64,000 bases of DNA, taken from NCBI RefSeq assembly GCF_017348835.2, contig NZ_CP071375.1; one strand, written 5' to 3'. This document shows positions 44,864-55,975 of the stretch, piece by piece (the stretch's first letter is position 1; each line of letters begins with the position of its first letter). The translations under genes and the position numbers were made by a program. The notes beneath the pieces were generated by a model. The model saw only the letters and a list, made by a program, of their open reading frames with translations, was not told where the DNA came from and ran no database searches. Source of the DNA: Escherichia coli (GTDB lineage: Bacteria > Pseudomonadota > Gammaproteobacteria > Enterobacterales > Enterobacteriaceae).

Positions 44864-44972
44864 GTAGGGTACAGAGGTAAGATGTTCTATCTTTCAGACC
44901 TTTTACTTCACGTAATCGGATTTGGCTGAATATTTTAGCCGCCCCAGTCAGTAATGACTGGGGCGTTTTTTA
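44864..44972 (+). ncRNA. spf: Spot 42 small regulatory RNA
   Basis: GTAGGGTACAGAGGTAAGATGTTCTATCTTTCAGACCTTTTACTTCACGTAATCGGATTTGGCTGAATATTTTAGCCGCCCCAGTCAGTAATGACTGGGGCGTTTTTTA matches the known Spot 42 sequence with its intrinsic terminator; located just downstream of polA as in K-12. Confidence 0.92.
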
Positions 44973-44990
44973 TTGGGCGAAAGAAAAAAT

Positions 44991-45080
44991 CCGCAATGCC
45001 TGATGCGCCATGTTTATCAGGCCAACGGTAGAATTGTAATCTATTGAATTTACGGGCCGGATACGCCACATCCGGCACAA
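44991..45080. repeat. REP elements
   Basis: CCGCAATGCCTGATGCGCCATGTTTATCAGGCC and GGGCCGGATACGCCACATCCGGCACA palindromic units. Confidence 0.5.
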
Positions 45081-45097
45081 GCATTAAGGCAAGAAAA

Positions 45098-45730
45098 TTA
45101 TTCGCCGTCCTGCGTTTCTTCTACAGGCTGCATCTCGCTAAACCAGGTATCCAGTTTCTGCCGCAGCTTGTCCACGCCTTGTTTCTTCAGCGAAGAAAAC
45201 GTTTCAACCTGCACATCACCGTTAAACGCCAGCACCGCTTCACGCACCATATTCAATTGCGCTTTACGTGCGCCACTTGCCAGTTTGTCCGCTTTGGTCA
45301 GCAGTACCAGCACGGCGATATTGCTGTCTACCGCCCACTCAATCATCTGCTGATCCAAATCTTTCAGCGGATGGCGAATATCCATTAGCACCACCAGACC
45401 TTGCAGGCTCTGACGTTTTTCGAGGTACTCGCCGAGCGCGCGCTGCCATTTGCGCTTCATCTCTTCCGGGACTTCCGCATAACCGTACCCAGGCAAGTCA
45501 ACCAGACGCTTGCCGTCAGCCACTTCAAACAGGTTGATAAGCTGGGTGCGTCCAGGGGTTTTTGAGGTACGAGCCAGGCTTTTCTGGTTAGTCAGCGTGT
45601 TCAGCGCGCTGGATTTACCTGCGTTGGAACGGCCTGCAAAAGCCACTTCAATTCCGGTATCGGAAGGTAGGTGGCGAATATCAGGCGCACTCATCACAAA
45701 ATGCGTCTGTTGATAATTCAAATTAGTCAA
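45098..45730 (-). CDS. engB: Ribosome biogenesis GTP-binding protein EngB (YihA)
   Basis: 210-aa ORF with G1 GRSNAGKSS and G3 DLPGYG motifs. Confidence 0.95.
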
Positions 45731-46000
45731 AGCGGTCGTCTCCGTCAGTCAAAGCTTTGCGGCGATTATACCTGAACCATAATAAAAGGCGGATTTTTCG
45801 GCGTGAGCGTTGTAAGTAAAAGCCATACGCTTTGTGAGACATTGCCGATAGTCTTTATGCGAAATAGCAGAGAAAATTCTGCGATGCATGTCAAATAAGC
45901 TATATAAATCAGTGAATTGCTTTTATATAAAACTCTGAAAATGAGCAAATACTGATGGCGGTTGATTGTTTGTTTAAAGCAAAGGCGTAAAGTAGCACCC

Positions 46001-46245
46001 ATAGAGCGAGGACGCTAACAGGAACAATGACTCAGGATGAGGGTCAGGAGCGCCAGGAGGCGAAGACAGAGGATTGTCAGGAAGACAAACGTCCGGAGAC
46101 GTAATTAAACGGAAATGGAATCAACACGGATTGTTCCGGCTAATGGAAAAACAGGGTGTGTTGGCGGCCTGCAAGGATTGTAAGACCCGTTAAGGGTTAT
46201 GAGTCAGGAAAAAAGGCGACAGAGTAATCTGTCGCCTTTTTTCTT
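46001..46245 (+). ncRNA. csrC: CsrC small RNA (CsrA-sequestering)
   Basis: About 245 nt with many GGA motifs (AGGACG, CAGGAUGA, CAGGAGC, CAGGAGG, CAGAGGA, CAGGAAG, ACGGAAA...), ending in hairpin GGCGACAGAGTAATCTGTCGCC plus TTTTTTCTTTG; sits between engB and yihI as in K-12. Confidence 0.8.
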
Positions 46246-46311
46246 TGCTTGCTTTCTGTTAGATTCCGCCGCAAATCTATACTGAATAAAACGGCTAAAA
46301 GACGAACCATT

Positions 46312-46818
46312 ATGAAACCATCTTCACCATCACGCAGCAAAGGTCATGCAAAAGCGCGTCGCAAAACGCGCGAAGAGCTGAATCAGGAAGCTCGTGACCG
46401 CAAGCGTCAGAAAAAACGTCGTGGTCATGCGCCGGGCAGCCGCGCAGCGGGCGGTAACACCACGTCAGGCAGCAAAGGCCAGAACGCACCAAAAGATCCA
46501 CGTATTGGCAGTAAAACCCCTATTCCATTGGGCGTGACTGAAAAAGTCACCAAACAGCACAAACCGAAGAGTGAGAAACCTATGCTTTCACCGCAGGCGG
46601 AGTTGGAATTACTGGAAACGGATGAGCGTCTGGATGCGCTGCTGGAACGTCTGGAAGCAGGCGAAACCCTGAGCGCCGAAGAGCAATCCTGGGTGGATGC
46701 CAAACTGGATCGTATTGATGAGTTGATGCAGAAGCTCGGCCTCTCTTATGACGATGACGAAGAAGAGGAAGAAGACGAGAAGCAAGAAGACATGATGCGT
46801 CTGCTGCGGGGCAACTAA
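46312..46818 (+). CDS. yihI: Der GTPase-activating protein YihI
   Basis: ORF track 46249..46818 (TTG); Met22 ([23 protein letters not shown]) gives 168 aa; basic N-terminus, acidic C-terminus. Confidence 0.9.
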   Translation: MKPSSPSRSKGHAKARRKTREELNQEARDRKRQKKRRGHAPGSRAAGGNTTSGSKGQNAPKDPRIGSKTPIPLGVTEKVTKQHKPKSEKPMLSPQAELELLETDERLDALLERLEAGETLSAEEQSWVDAKLDRIDELMQKLGLSYDDDEEEEEDEKQEDMMRLLRGN

Positions 46819-47006
46819 CGGATTGCCGCCGTGGGCCTTCCCGTTCTGCTGATAACCCTTCCGGTTATATGTTATCTGGTGTGGTTATTCGTTAAACTAC
46901 AGCGGTTGTCGCGGCGACAAAAGTGGCTGCGCAACCGGCTGATGACCCGAAACGGGCATCCGCCGGTACGCCGTAGCCGCCAGAGACGCCATCGGAAGGA
47001 GTGAGC

Positions 47007-48380
47007 ATGTCTGTACAGCAAATCGACTGGGATCTGGCCCTGATCCAGAAATATAACTATTCCGGGCCACGATACACCTCGTACCCGACCGCGCTGGAGT
47101 TTTCAGAAGACTTCGGCGAACAGGCGTTTTTACAAGCCGTGGCGCGCTATCCTGAGCGTCCATTATCTCTCTACGTACATATCCCGTTCTGCCATAAGCT
47201 TTGTTACTTCTGCGGTTGCAATAAGATTGTTACTCGCCAGCAGCACAAGGCCGATCAGTATCTGGACGCGCTGGAGCAAGAAATCGTCCATCGTGCACCG
47301 CTGTTCGCCGGGCGTCACGTCAGCCAGCTGCACTGGGGCGGCGGAACGCCGACGTATCTTAATAAAGCGCAAATCAGCCGCCTGATGAAGCTGCTGCGCG
47401 AAAACTTCCAGTTCAATGCCGATGCGGAGATTTCGATCGAAGTCGATCCGCGGGAAATCGAACTGGATGTACTCGATCATTTACGCGCCGAGGGCTTTAA
47501 TCGCCTGAGTATGGGCGTGCAGGACTTCAACAAAGAAGTGCAACGTCTGGTTAACCGCGAGCAGGATGAAGAGTTCATCTTTGCGCTGCTTAACCATGCG
47601 CGTGAGATTGGCTTTACCTCCACCAACATCGACCTGATTTACGGCCTGCCGAAACAGACGCCGGAAAGTTTCGCCTTTACCCTGAAACGCGTGGCGGAGC
47701 TGAACCCTGATCGTCTGAGCGTCTTTAACTATGCGCATCTGCCGACCATTTTTGCTGCTCAGCGCAAAATCAAAGATGCTGACCTGCCGAGTCCGCAGCA
47801 AAAACTCGATATCCTGCAGGAAACCATCGCCTTCCTGACGCAATCGGGCTATCAGTTTATCGGTATGGATCACTTTGCCCGTCCGGATGACGAGCTGGCG
47901 GTGGCCCAGCGTGAAGGCGTGCTGCATCGTAATTTCCAGGGCTACACCACTCAGGGCGATACCGATCTGCTGGGGATGGGCGTTTCCGCCATCAGCATGA
48001 TTGGCGACTGCTACGCGCAGAACCAGAAAGAGTTGAAGCAGTACTATCAGCAAGTGGATGAACAAGGCAATGCGCTGTGGCGTGGTATTGCGCTAACGCG
48101 TGATGACTGTATTCGCCGCGATGTGATTAAGTCGCTCATCTGCAACTTCCGTCTGGATTACGCCCCTATTGAGAAACAGTGGGATTTGCACTTCGCTGAT
48201 TACTTTGCGGAAGATCTCAAGCTGCTCGCCCCGTTAGCAAAAGATGGGCTGGTGGATGTGGATGAGAAGGGAATACAGGTGACGGCGAAAGGTCGCTTGC
48301 TGATCCGCAACATTTGCATGTGCTTTGATACCTATCTGCGCCAGAAAGCGCGGATGCAGCAGTTCTCTCGGGTGATTTAA
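47007..48380 (+). CDS. hemN: Oxygen-independent coproporphyrinogen III oxidase HemN (radical SAM)
   Basis: ORF track 47001..48380; ATG at 47007 gives MSVQQIDWDL, 457 aa; CxxxCxxC radical-SAM motif (CHKLCYFCGC). Confidence 0.95.
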   Translation: MSVQQIDWDLALIQKYNYSGPRYTSYPTALEFSEDFGEQAFLQAVARYPERPLSLYVHIPFCHKLCYFCGCNKIVTRQQHKADQYLDALEQEIVHRAPLFAGRHVSQLHWGGGTPTYLNKAQISRLMKLLRENFQFNADAEISIEVDPREIELDVLDHLRAEGFNRLSMGVQDFNKEVQRLVNREQDEEFIFALLNHAREIGFTSTNIDLIYGLPKQTPESFAFTLKRVAELNPDRLSVFNYAHLPTIFAAQRKIKDADLPSPQQKLDILQETIAFLTQSGYQFIGMDHFARPDDELAVAQREGVLHRNFQGYTTQGDTDLLGMGVSAISMIGDCYAQNQKELKQYYQQVDEQGNALWRGIALTRDDCIRRDVIKSLICNFRLDYAPIEKQWDLHFADYFAEDLKLLAPLAKDGLVDVDEKGIQVTAKGRLLIRNICMCFDTYLRQKARMQQFSRVI

Positions 48381-48445
48381 ATAGTGAATGGCGCTTCGTT
48401 TACAAAGTAGAAAACGAAAGCGCCATCAATGTGCTGAGAACAAGA

Positions 48446-48536
48446 TTGCCTGATGCGCTACGCTTATCAGGCCTACAAAACCTGTTGAAAATATTGCTTT
48501 TGTAGACCGGATAAGGCGTTCACGCCGCATCCGGCA
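48446..48536. repeat. REP/BIME elements
   Basis: GCCTGATGCGCTACGCTTATCAGGCCTAC and CCGGATAAGGCGTTCACGCCGCATCCGGCA units. Confidence 0.55.
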
Positions 48537-48569
48537 TGAACAAAGAGCACTTCATCAGCAATCTGAAAC

Positions 48570-48680
48570 TCAACTAAACAGCCCAATCATCGCGGCACAC
48601 AGCACGGCAGCAACGGCAGTTTGCGGTGTGTGGCTGTCAACTGCGCCACTCGATACCAGATTAATTATTGATTCCAGCAT
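48570..48680 (-). CDS. yshB: Small protein YshB (36 aa)
   Basis: Minus-strand ATG at 48680 preceded by GGGGAGAG RBS; translates MLESIINLVSSGAVDSHTPQTAVAAVLCAAMIGLFS-stop; below ORF-track threshold; position between hemN and glnG matches K-12 yshB. Confidence 0.55.
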   Translation of the reverse strand: MLESIINLVSSGAVDSHTPQTAVAAVLCAAMIGLFS

Positions 48681-48791
48681 AATGACTCTCCCCGTTTTCC
48701 GGGCAAGATCATACTGAACTTATCGGAACAGTAAAGCGCAAAATACCAGCAATTTGCGCTCAATAATCAATCTTTACACACAAGCCGTGAA

Positions 48792-50201
48792 TCACTCCAT
48801 CCCCAGCTCTTTTAACTTACGCGTCAGAGTGTTGCGGCCCCAGCCAAGTAGCCGCGCCGCTTCCTGTTTATGCCCCTGCGTATGTCGCAACGCGGTCGTC
48901 AGTAACGTCCGCTCCAGCTCTGGCTGCGCTTCGGAAAGCAGATTTTGATGACCGGAACGCAGCGCTCTGTCTGCCCACTGCGCTAAAAGTGTCGCCCAAC
49001 TGTCCGGTTGCATTTGCGAAGTACTCTCCGCAACCGTTGATTCAAACAGTTCGCCGGGCAAATCCTGAATCAACACTTCCTGCCCGGCGGCCATCACCGT
49101 TAGCCAGCGGCAGGTGTTTTCCAGCTGGCGCACGTTGCCTGGCCACGCCAGACGCGTCAGAGCAGCTTCGGTTTCCGGATGCAGCAACTTCGCTTCTACG
49201 CCCAGTTCGCGCGCGGCAACCTGTAAAAAATGGCGCGCCAGACGGGGAATATCTTCCCGACGTTCGCGCAGCGGCGGCAGATGAACGCGGATAACGTTCA
49301 GGCGGTGGAACAGATCCTCACGGAACTTACCTTCCTGCACCCGCTGTTCGAGATTCTGGTGAGTGGCAGCGATAATCCGCACATCCACTTTCACCGGCGC
49401 ATAGCCGCCAACGCGGTAAAACTGACCGTCTGCCAGCACGCGCAGCAAACGCGTCTGCACATCCAGCGGCATATCGCCAATTTCATCGAGAAATAATGTA
49501 CCGCCATCAGCCTGTTCAAAACGCCCCTGACGAATGGTATTCGCGCCGGTAAATGCGCCTTTCTCGTGACCAAACAGTTCTGATTCGATCAAATCTTTTG
49601 GGATAGCTGCCATATTCAGCGCGATAAACGGCGCTTTGGCTCGCGGACTGTGGCGATGCAGGGCATGAGCGACCAGTTCTTTACCGGTACCGGATTCGCC
49701 GTTAATCAGCACGCTAATAGAAGAACGCGAAAGCCGACCGATAATACGGAACACGTCCTGCATGGCTGGCGCTTCGCCGATGATATCGGTCGTTGGGCCG
49801 TTAAGCTGAACATTACGCGGCTGCTGCTGTTCCTGGTAATGACTGATGGCGCGCTCAACCAGCGCCACGGCTTCGTCGATATCAAACGGTTTGGGCAGAT
49901 AATCGAACGCCCCTTGTTGATAGGCACTGACGGCAGCATCCAGATCGGAATGTGCGGTCATAATGATGACCGGAAGCATCGGATGGCGCTGTTTAATCTG
50001 CTTGAGCAGCGCCAGCCCGTCCATTCCCGGCATACGGATATCTGAAAGCAGCACATCCGGCGTTTTGCTCGCCAGCGCCTCCAGTACCTCCGCGCCGTTC
50101 TCAAATGTCGTACAGGTTAAACCCGCTCCAGCGAGCGCACGTTCAAGCACCCAACGGATGGAACTATCGTCATCGACTACCCAGACTATCCCTCGTTGCA
50201 T
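48792..50201 (-). CDS. glnG: Nitrogen regulation response regulator NtrC (sigma-54 activator)
   Basis: ORF track 48792..50261; Met21 ([12 protein letters not shown]) gives 469 aa; receiver domain, AAA+ GESGTGKE, C-terminal HTH. Confidence 0.95.
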   Translation of the reverse strand: MQRGIVWVVDDDSSIRWVLERALAGAGLTCTTFENGAEVLEALASKTPDVLLSDIRMPGMDGLALLKQIKQRHPMLPVIIMTAHSDLDAAVSAYQQGAFDYLPKPFDIDEAVALVERAISHYQEQQQPRNVQLNGPTTDIIGEAPAMQDVFRIIGRLSRSSISVLINGESGTGKELVAHALHRHSPRAKAPFIALNMAAIPKDLIESELFGHEKGAFTGANTIRQGRFEQADGGTLFLDEIGDMPLDVQTRLLRVLADGQFYRVGGYAPVKVDVRIIAATHQNLEQRVQEGKFREDLFHRLNVIRVHLPPLRERREDIPRLARHFLQVAARELGVEAKLLHPETEAALTRLAWPGNVRQLENTCRWLTVMAAGQEVLIQDLPGELFESTVAESTSQMQPDSWATLLAQWADRALRSGHQNLLSEAQPELERTLLTTALRHTQGHKQEAARLLGWGRNTLTRKLKELGME

Positions 50202-50212
50202 AAACGTCACCT

Positions 50213-51262
50213 TTATTTCCTGATAGGCAGGTAAACCGAGAACTCGGTATGCCCTGGCCAACTGGTAAATTCAATTTTGCCTGAATGCTGATCAATCAAA
50301 TTACGAGCGATGGATAAGCCAAGCCCGGTGCCACCTTCGCGGCCGCTGACCATCGGGTAAAACAGCGTATCCTGCAAATGAGGCGGAATGCCTGGCCCGT
50401 TATCTTCCACATCAATCCGCGCCGCCAGCCGGTAGCGCTCGCCGTGTAAGGTCAGTTGAAACGCGGTGCGGGTACGCAGAATGATTTCACCACCCTCCGG
50501 CCCCAGCGCCTGTAGCGCATTGCGCACAATATTCAGCAAGACCTGTTCAATTTGATCCGGGTCGTGCGCCAGTTCCGGCAGGCTGGGATCGTAATCACGA
50601 ATCAACCGCACGTTGTCCGGCAGTTCCATCGACACCAGCGTTACCACGCGTTCAGCTACTTTGTGAATACTTTCGGTAACGCGCGTACCGGGCAGCTGCG
50701 GCCCCAACAGACGGTCGACCAGATTTCGCAGCCGGTCCGCCTGTTCGATAATCACTTTGGTATATTCGAGTAGTGACGGGTCAGGTAATGCTTTGCTGAG
50801 TAGCTGCGCCGCGCCACGTAAACCGCCAAGCGGATTTTTAATCTCATGTGCCAGGCCGCGCACTAAATCACGGGCAGCAACCTGCTGGGCGTGCTGTAGT
50901 TGTTCCTGACTTAAGCGGCGCTGGTTATCCATCGGTGCCATCTCCAGCAGGATCATGCCGTCCGGCATACGCTGGGCCGTCACAGAAAGGATATGCGAGC
51001 GCCCGTCGATGACCAGCGTCACTTCGTTATCGGTAAAACCTTGCCCCGCCTCCAGACTTTCTTGCATCAGCTCGATATTTAATGAGAAGTAGCTCAACAG
51101 TTCCGGTAACGGTGTACCAAACAATTTGCGGGAGCTTTGGGCGAGCAGTTGTTGCGCGGCGGGGTTGGCGTAATGGATCGCCAGGTTGTCATCGATTAAC
51201 AAAATACTGTTAATCAGCGAGTTGAGGATCTGCCCAGCATCGGGCTGCGTGCCTGTTGCCAT
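50213..51262 (-). CDS. glnL: Nitrogen regulation sensor histidine kinase NtrB
   Basis: 349-aa ORF, PAS plus HisKA (H-box LAHEIKNPL) plus HATPase. Confidence 0.95.
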
Positions 51263-51349
51263 AAAGCAGTCTCCTGAACAGGTTGCACCATTTTAGTGCA
51301 TTATAGCTTTTTACGGATAAAAAGCGCGAAGCATCAGAGAATTGACGGA

Positions 51350-51419
51350 GAAAAAAGCCCATGCAGAGATGGGCTGAAAGTTTCCACGGCAACTAAATCC
51401 CGGCGTTGTTGCGCCGGGT
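51350..51419 (-). terminator. glnA 3' UTR with two hairpins, distal one a rho-independent terminator (region of the 3'UTR-derived sRNA GlnZ)
   Basis: Minus strand: CCCGGCGCAACAACGCCGGG hairpin 17 nt after glnA stop, then AGCCCATCTCTGCATGGGCT followed by TTTTTT. Confidence 0.55.
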
Positions 51420-51435
51420 AGTACAACTTCAACTA

Positions 51436-52845
51436 TTAGACGCTGTAGTACAGCTCAAACTCTACCGGATGCGGAGTCATACGCACGCGGTCATCTTCTT
51501 CGCGACGCAGAGCGATGTACGCATCGATCGCTTCATCCGTGAACACGCCACCGGCTTTCAGGAACTCGCGGTCCAGATCCAGCTCGTTCAGTGCTTCTTC
51601 CAGAGAGCCTGCAACTTGTGGGATCTCTTTCGCTTCTTCTGGCGGCAGGTCATACAGGTTTTTGTCCATGGCTTCGCCCGGATGGATCTTGTTCTTGATA
51701 CCATCAAGACCGGCCATCAGCAGGGCAGCAAAGCACAGGTACGGGTTAGCCGCCGGATCCGGGAAACGTACTTCGATACGACGTGCTTTCGGAGAAGAAA
51801 CCACCGGAATACGGATAGACGCAGAACGGTTGCGTGCAGAGTAAGCCAGCATTACCGGTGCTTCGTAGCCCGGGACCAGACGCTTATAAGAGTTGGTGGT
51901 CGGGTTTGCCAGGGCGTTAATCGCTTTAGCGTGTTTGATTACGCCGCCAATGTAGTACAGCGCCTGCTCAGACAGACCTGCGTATTTGTCGCCCGCGAAC
52001 AGGTTAACGCCGTTTTTAGACAGCGACATGTGGCAGTGCATACCGGAGCCGTTATCACCGAACATCGGTTTTGGCATAAAGGTCGCGGTTTTACCGAAGC
52101 GGTGCGCCACGTTGTGCACAACATATTTGTAGATCTGAATTTCGTCAGCTTTTTTGGTCATGGTATTGAAGCGGGTAGCCACTTCGTTCTGACCAGCAGT
52201 CGCTACTTCGTGGTGATGGGCTTCAACCACCAGACCCATCTGTTCCATCACCAGACACATTTCAGAACGAATATCCTGAGCAGAGTCTACCGGCGGAACC
52301 GGGAAGTAACCGCCTTTCACTGCCGGACGGTGACCTTTGTTGCCACCTTCGTATTGGGTGGAGGAGTTCCATGCGCCTTCAATATCGTCGATGGCAACGT
52401 GAGAACCGGAGATAGATGATCCGAAACGGATGTCATCGAACAGGAAGAATTCAGGTTCTGGCCCGAACAGTACGGTGTCGGCAATGCCAGTGGAACGCAG
52501 GTAATCTTCGGCGCGCTTCGCAATAGAGCGCGGGTCACGGTCATAGCCTTGCAGGGTGCCAGGTTCAAGGATGTCGCAACGGATAATCAGGGTGGAGTCG
52601 GCGAAGAACGGGTCAATCACTGCGGTGGATGCGTCTGGCATCAGCACCATGTCGGATTCGTTAATGCCTTTCCAGCCGCCAATCGAGGAGCCGTCAAACA
52701 TTTTGCCTTCTTCGAAGAATTCAGCATTCACCTGATGAGCAGGGATAGTGACGTGCTGTTCTTTACCTTTAGTATCGGTGAAGCGCAAATCAACAAACTT
52801 CACTTCGTGCTCGTTCAGCATCGTCAGTACGTGTTCAGCGGACAT
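51436..52845 (-). CDS. glnA: Glutamine synthetase
   Basis: 469-aa ORF recognised as GlnA (adenylylation-site region NLYDLP present). Confidence 0.97.
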
Positions 52846-52927
52846 ACTTTAACTCTCCTGGATTGGTCATTGTCGTCGTGGTAACGAAATCTGCAATTAT
52901 TTTGGCCGTGTCGCCGTAAAAAAGATA

Positions 52928-52946
52928 AAGCGAAAACTGTGCCAAC
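52928..52946 (-). promoter_or_regulatory. glnAp2 sigma-54 promoter
   Basis: Minus strand TTGGCACAGTTTTCGCT (-24 GG / -12 GC spacing), about 85 bp upstream of glnA ATG. Confidence 0.7.
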
Positions 52947-52998
52947 TTTTAAATTGCCCCTAAAAGGCGTTATCATGCTTAACATCGTGCAAAAGGGC

Positions 52999-53067
52999 TG
53001 CACCATGATGTGAATGTTGCACCAATATAGTGCTTCAATGGAAACATTAAGCACCATATTGGTGCAA
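52999..53067. promoter_or_regulatory. NtrC enhancer sites upstream of glnAp2
   Basis: TGCACCATGATGTGAATGTTGCACCAA and GCACCATATTGGTGCAA dyads (TGCACC-N5-GGTGCA-like). Confidence 0.7.
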
Positions 53068-53217
53068 TGACCTTTGGATAACCCTTTTTATGCTCCGTGA
53101 AAGCGATCACAAAGGGACTCTGCAATACTTGTTTGCGGAGGATGTTTGTGATCCTGTTTTGTAGTGCGATTAATCCGTGTACAATAACGCGCTATTTCTA
53201 ATGCCTGAGGCAAAGTT

Positions 53218-55041
53218 GTGATCGAAAAATTGCGTAATATCGCCATCATCGCGCACGTAGACCATGGTAAAACCACCCTGGTAGACAAGCTGCTCCAACA
53301 ATCCGGTACGTTCGACTCTCGTGCCGAAACCCAAGAGCGCGTGATGGACTCCAACGATTTGGAGAAAGAGCGTGGGATTACCATCCTCGCGAAAAACACC
53401 GCTATCAAATGGAATGATTACCGTATCAACATCGTTGATACCCCGGGGCACGCCGACTTCGGTGGTGAAGTTGAACGTGTAATGTCCATGGTAGACTCAG
53501 TGCTGCTGGTGGTTGACGCATTTGACGGCCCGATGCCGCAAACGCGCTTCGTAACCAAAAAAGCGTTTGCTTACGGCCTGAAGCCGATTGTTGTTATCAA
53601 CAAAGTTGACCGCCCTGGCGCGCGTCCTGATTGGGTTGTGGATCAGGTATTCGATCTGTTCGTTAACCTCGACGCGACCGACGAGCAGCTGGACTTCCCG
53701 ATCGTTTACGCTTCTGCGCTTAACGGTATCGCGGGTCTGGACCACGAAGATATGGCGGAAGACATGACCCCGCTGTATCAGGCGATTGTTGATCACGTTC
53801 CTGCGCCGGACGTTGACCTTGACGGTCCGTTCCAGATGCAGATTTCTCAGCTCGATTACAACAGCTATGTTGGCGTTATCGGCATTGGCCGCATCAAGCG
53901 CGGTAAAGTGAAGCCGAACCAGCAGGTCACTATCATCGATAGCGAAGGCAAAACCCGCAACGCGAAAGTCGGTAAAGTGCTGGGCCACCTCGGTCTGGAA
54001 CGTATCGAAACCGATCTGGCGGAAGCTGGCGATATCGTGGCGATCACGGGCCTGGGCGAACTGAACATTTCTGACACCGTTTGCGACACGCAAAACGTTG
54101 AAGCGCTGCCGGCACTCTCCGTTGATGAGCCGACCGTTTCTATGTTCTTCTGCGTTAACACCTCGCCGTTCTGCGGTAAAGAAGGTAAGTTCGTAACGTC
54201 TCGTCAGATCCTGGATCGTCTGAACAAAGAACTGGTACACAACGTTGCGCTGCGCGTAGAAGAAACCGAAGACGCCGATGCGTTCCGCGTTTCTGGTCGT
54301 GGCGAACTGCACCTGTCTGTTCTGATCGAAAACATGCGTCGTGAAGGTTTCGAACTGGCGGTATCCCGTCCGAAAGTTATCTTCCGTGAAATCGACGGTC
54401 GTAAACAAGAGCCGTATGAAAACGTGACTCTGGACGTTGAAGAACAGCATCAGGGTTCTGTAATGCAGGCGCTGGGCGAACGTAAAGGCGACCTGAAAAA
54501 CATGAATCCAGACGGTAAAGGCCGCGTACGTCTCGACTACGTGATCCCAAGTCGTGGTCTGATTGGCTTCCGTTCTGAGTTCATGACCATGACTTCCGGT
54601 ACTGGTCTGCTGTACTCCACCTTCAGCCACTACGACGACGTACGTCCGGGCGAAGTGGGTCAGCGTCAGAACGGTGTACTGATCTCTAACGGTCAGGGTA
54701 AAGCGGTCGCGTTCGCGCTGTTCGGTCTGCAGGATCGCGGTAAGCTGTTCCTCGGTCACGGTGCAGAAGTTTACGAAGGTCAAATTATCGGTATTCACAG
54801 CCGCTCTAACGACCTGACTGTAAACTGCCTGACCGGTAAGAAACTGACCAACATGCGTGCTTCCGGTACTGACGAAGCCGTTGTTCTGGTTCCGCCTATC
54901 CGCATGACTCTGGAACAAGCTCTGGAGTTCATCGATGATGACGAACTGGTAGAAGTGACTCCGACCTCTATTCGTATTCGTAAACGTCACCTGACGGAAA
55001 ACGATCGTCGCCGCGCCAACCGCGCACCGAAAGACGATTAA
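53218..55041 (+). CDS. typA: Ribosome-associated translational GTPase BipA/TypA
   Basis: 607-aa ORF, GTG start, EF-G-like GTPase ([14 protein letters not shown]). Confidence 0.95.
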   Translation: MIEKLRNIAIIAHVDHGKTTLVDKLLQQSGTFDSRAETQERVMDSNDLEKERGITILAKNTAIKWNDYRINIVDTPGHADFGGEVERVMSMVDSVLLVVDAFDGPMPQTRFVTKKAFAYGLKPIVVINKVDRPGARPDWVVDQVFDLFVNLDATDEQLDFPIVYASALNGIAGLDHEDMAEDMTPLYQAIVDHVPAPDVDLDGPFQMQISQLDYNSYVGVIGIGRIKRGKVKPNQQVTIIDSEGKTRNAKVGKVLGHLGLERIETDLAEAGDIVAITGLGELNISDTVCDTQNVEALPALSVDEPTVSMFFCVNTSPFCGKEGKFVTSRQILDRLNKELVHNVALRVEETEDADAFRVSGRGELHLSVLIENMRREGFELAVSRPKVIFREIDGRKQEPYENVTLDVEEQHQGSVMQALGERKGDLKNMNPDGKGRVRLDYVIPSRGLIGFRSEFMTMTSGTGLLYSTFSHYDDVRPGEVGQRQNGVLISNGQGKAVAFALFGLQDRGKLFLGHGAEVYEGQIIGIHSRSNDLTVNCLTGKKLTNMRASGTDEAVVLVPPIRMTLEQALEFIDDDELVEVTPTSIRIRKRHLTENDRRRANRAPKDD

Positions 55042-55060
55042 TTTCGTTTTTTAGTCATAA

Positions 55061-55090
55061 AAAACCTGCCAGCGATGGCAGGTTTTTTTT
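55061..55090 (+). terminator. Rho-independent terminator after typA
   Basis: AAACCTGCCAGCGATGGCAGGTTT hairpin followed by TTTTTTTTTG. Confidence 0.75.
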
Positions 55091-55257
55091 TGCCTGTCGT
55101 GAGCGCACACCAATGCGAGTATCTCCCTTATAAGTCTGTGATTACGTCAATAGAGAGCTTTGTCACAATTATCTGCAAAGTCATACACCGTTAATTGCTT
55201 TCTTTTTTGGCGTAAGCGTAAGATGCTTCATCTGGTTTAAACCAAAAGGATTAAACA

Positions 55258-55968
55258 ATGGCGGAGAATCAATCCACCGTAGAAAATGCAAAAGAGAAAC
55301 TGGATCGGTGGTTGAAAGATGGCATCACCACGCCGGGTGGAAAACTCCCTTCAGAAAGAGAGCTGGGAGAGCTGCTGGGCATTAAACGTATGACGTTGCG
55401 CCAGGCGTTGTTGAACCTCGAGGCAGAATCCAAAATCTTCCGTAAGGATCGTAAAGGGTGGTTTGTGACCCAGCCGCGATTTAATTACAGTCCGGAGCTG
55501 TCAGCGAGCTTTCAGCGGGCCGCAATTGAGCAAGGGCGGGAACCTTCCTGGGGTTTTACTGAGAAAAGCCGTACCAGCGATATTCCCGAGACTCTCGCGC
55601 CACTGATTGCAGTGACGCCATCAACTGAACTCTATCGCATCACCGGCTGGGGAGCGCTGGAAGGACATAAAGTTTTCTATCACGAAACATATATTAATCC
55701 TGAAGTTGCCCCGGGTTTTATTGAACAACTTGAAAACCACTCATTTTCTGCAGTCTGGGAAAAGAGCTACCAGAAAGAGACGGTAGTAAAAAAATTGATT
55801 TTCAAACCCGTCAGAATGCCAGGCGATATCAGCAAGTATCTTGGCGGTTCTGCGGGTATGCCAGCGATCTTAATTGAAAAGCATCGCGCCGACCAGCAAG
55901 GCAATATTGTCCAGATAGATATTGAATATTGGCGATTTGAGGCCGTAGACCTCATCATTAATCTGTAG
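55258..55968 (+). CDS. yihL: GntR-family transcriptional regulator YihL
   Basis: 236-aa ORF with N-terminal winged HTH and UTRA-like C-terminal domain. Confidence 0.9.
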   Translation: MAENQSTVENAKEKLDRWLKDGITTPGGKLPSERELGELLGIKRMTLRQALLNLEAESKIFRKDRKGWFVTQPRFNYSPELSASFQRAAIEQGREPSWGFTEKSRTSDIPETLAPLIAVTPSTELYRITGWGALEGHKVFYHETYINPEVAPGFIEQLENHSFSAVWEKSYQKETVVKKLIFKPVRMPGDISKYLGGSAGMPAILIEKHRADQQGNIVQIDIEYWRFEAVDLIINL

Positions 55969-55975
55969 GTGTTTT

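Noticed and set aside
48388-48426. Hairpin just after the hemN stop as a rho-independent terminator
   Set aside because: Stem is present (GGCGCTTCGTT / AACGAAAGCGCC) but no U-tract follows; termination more likely involves the downstream REP elements or Rho, so not annotated.
51406-52419. 337-aa ORF antisense to glnA
   Set aside because: Fully embedded in the highly conserved glnA on the opposite strand; no RBS; composition consistent with a shadow ORF.
53497-54990. 497-aa ORF antisense to typA
   Set aside because: Lies entirely inside typA on the opposite strand; low-complexity, arginine/valine-rich composition typical of spurious antisense frames in GC-balanced genes; typA is the conserved frame.
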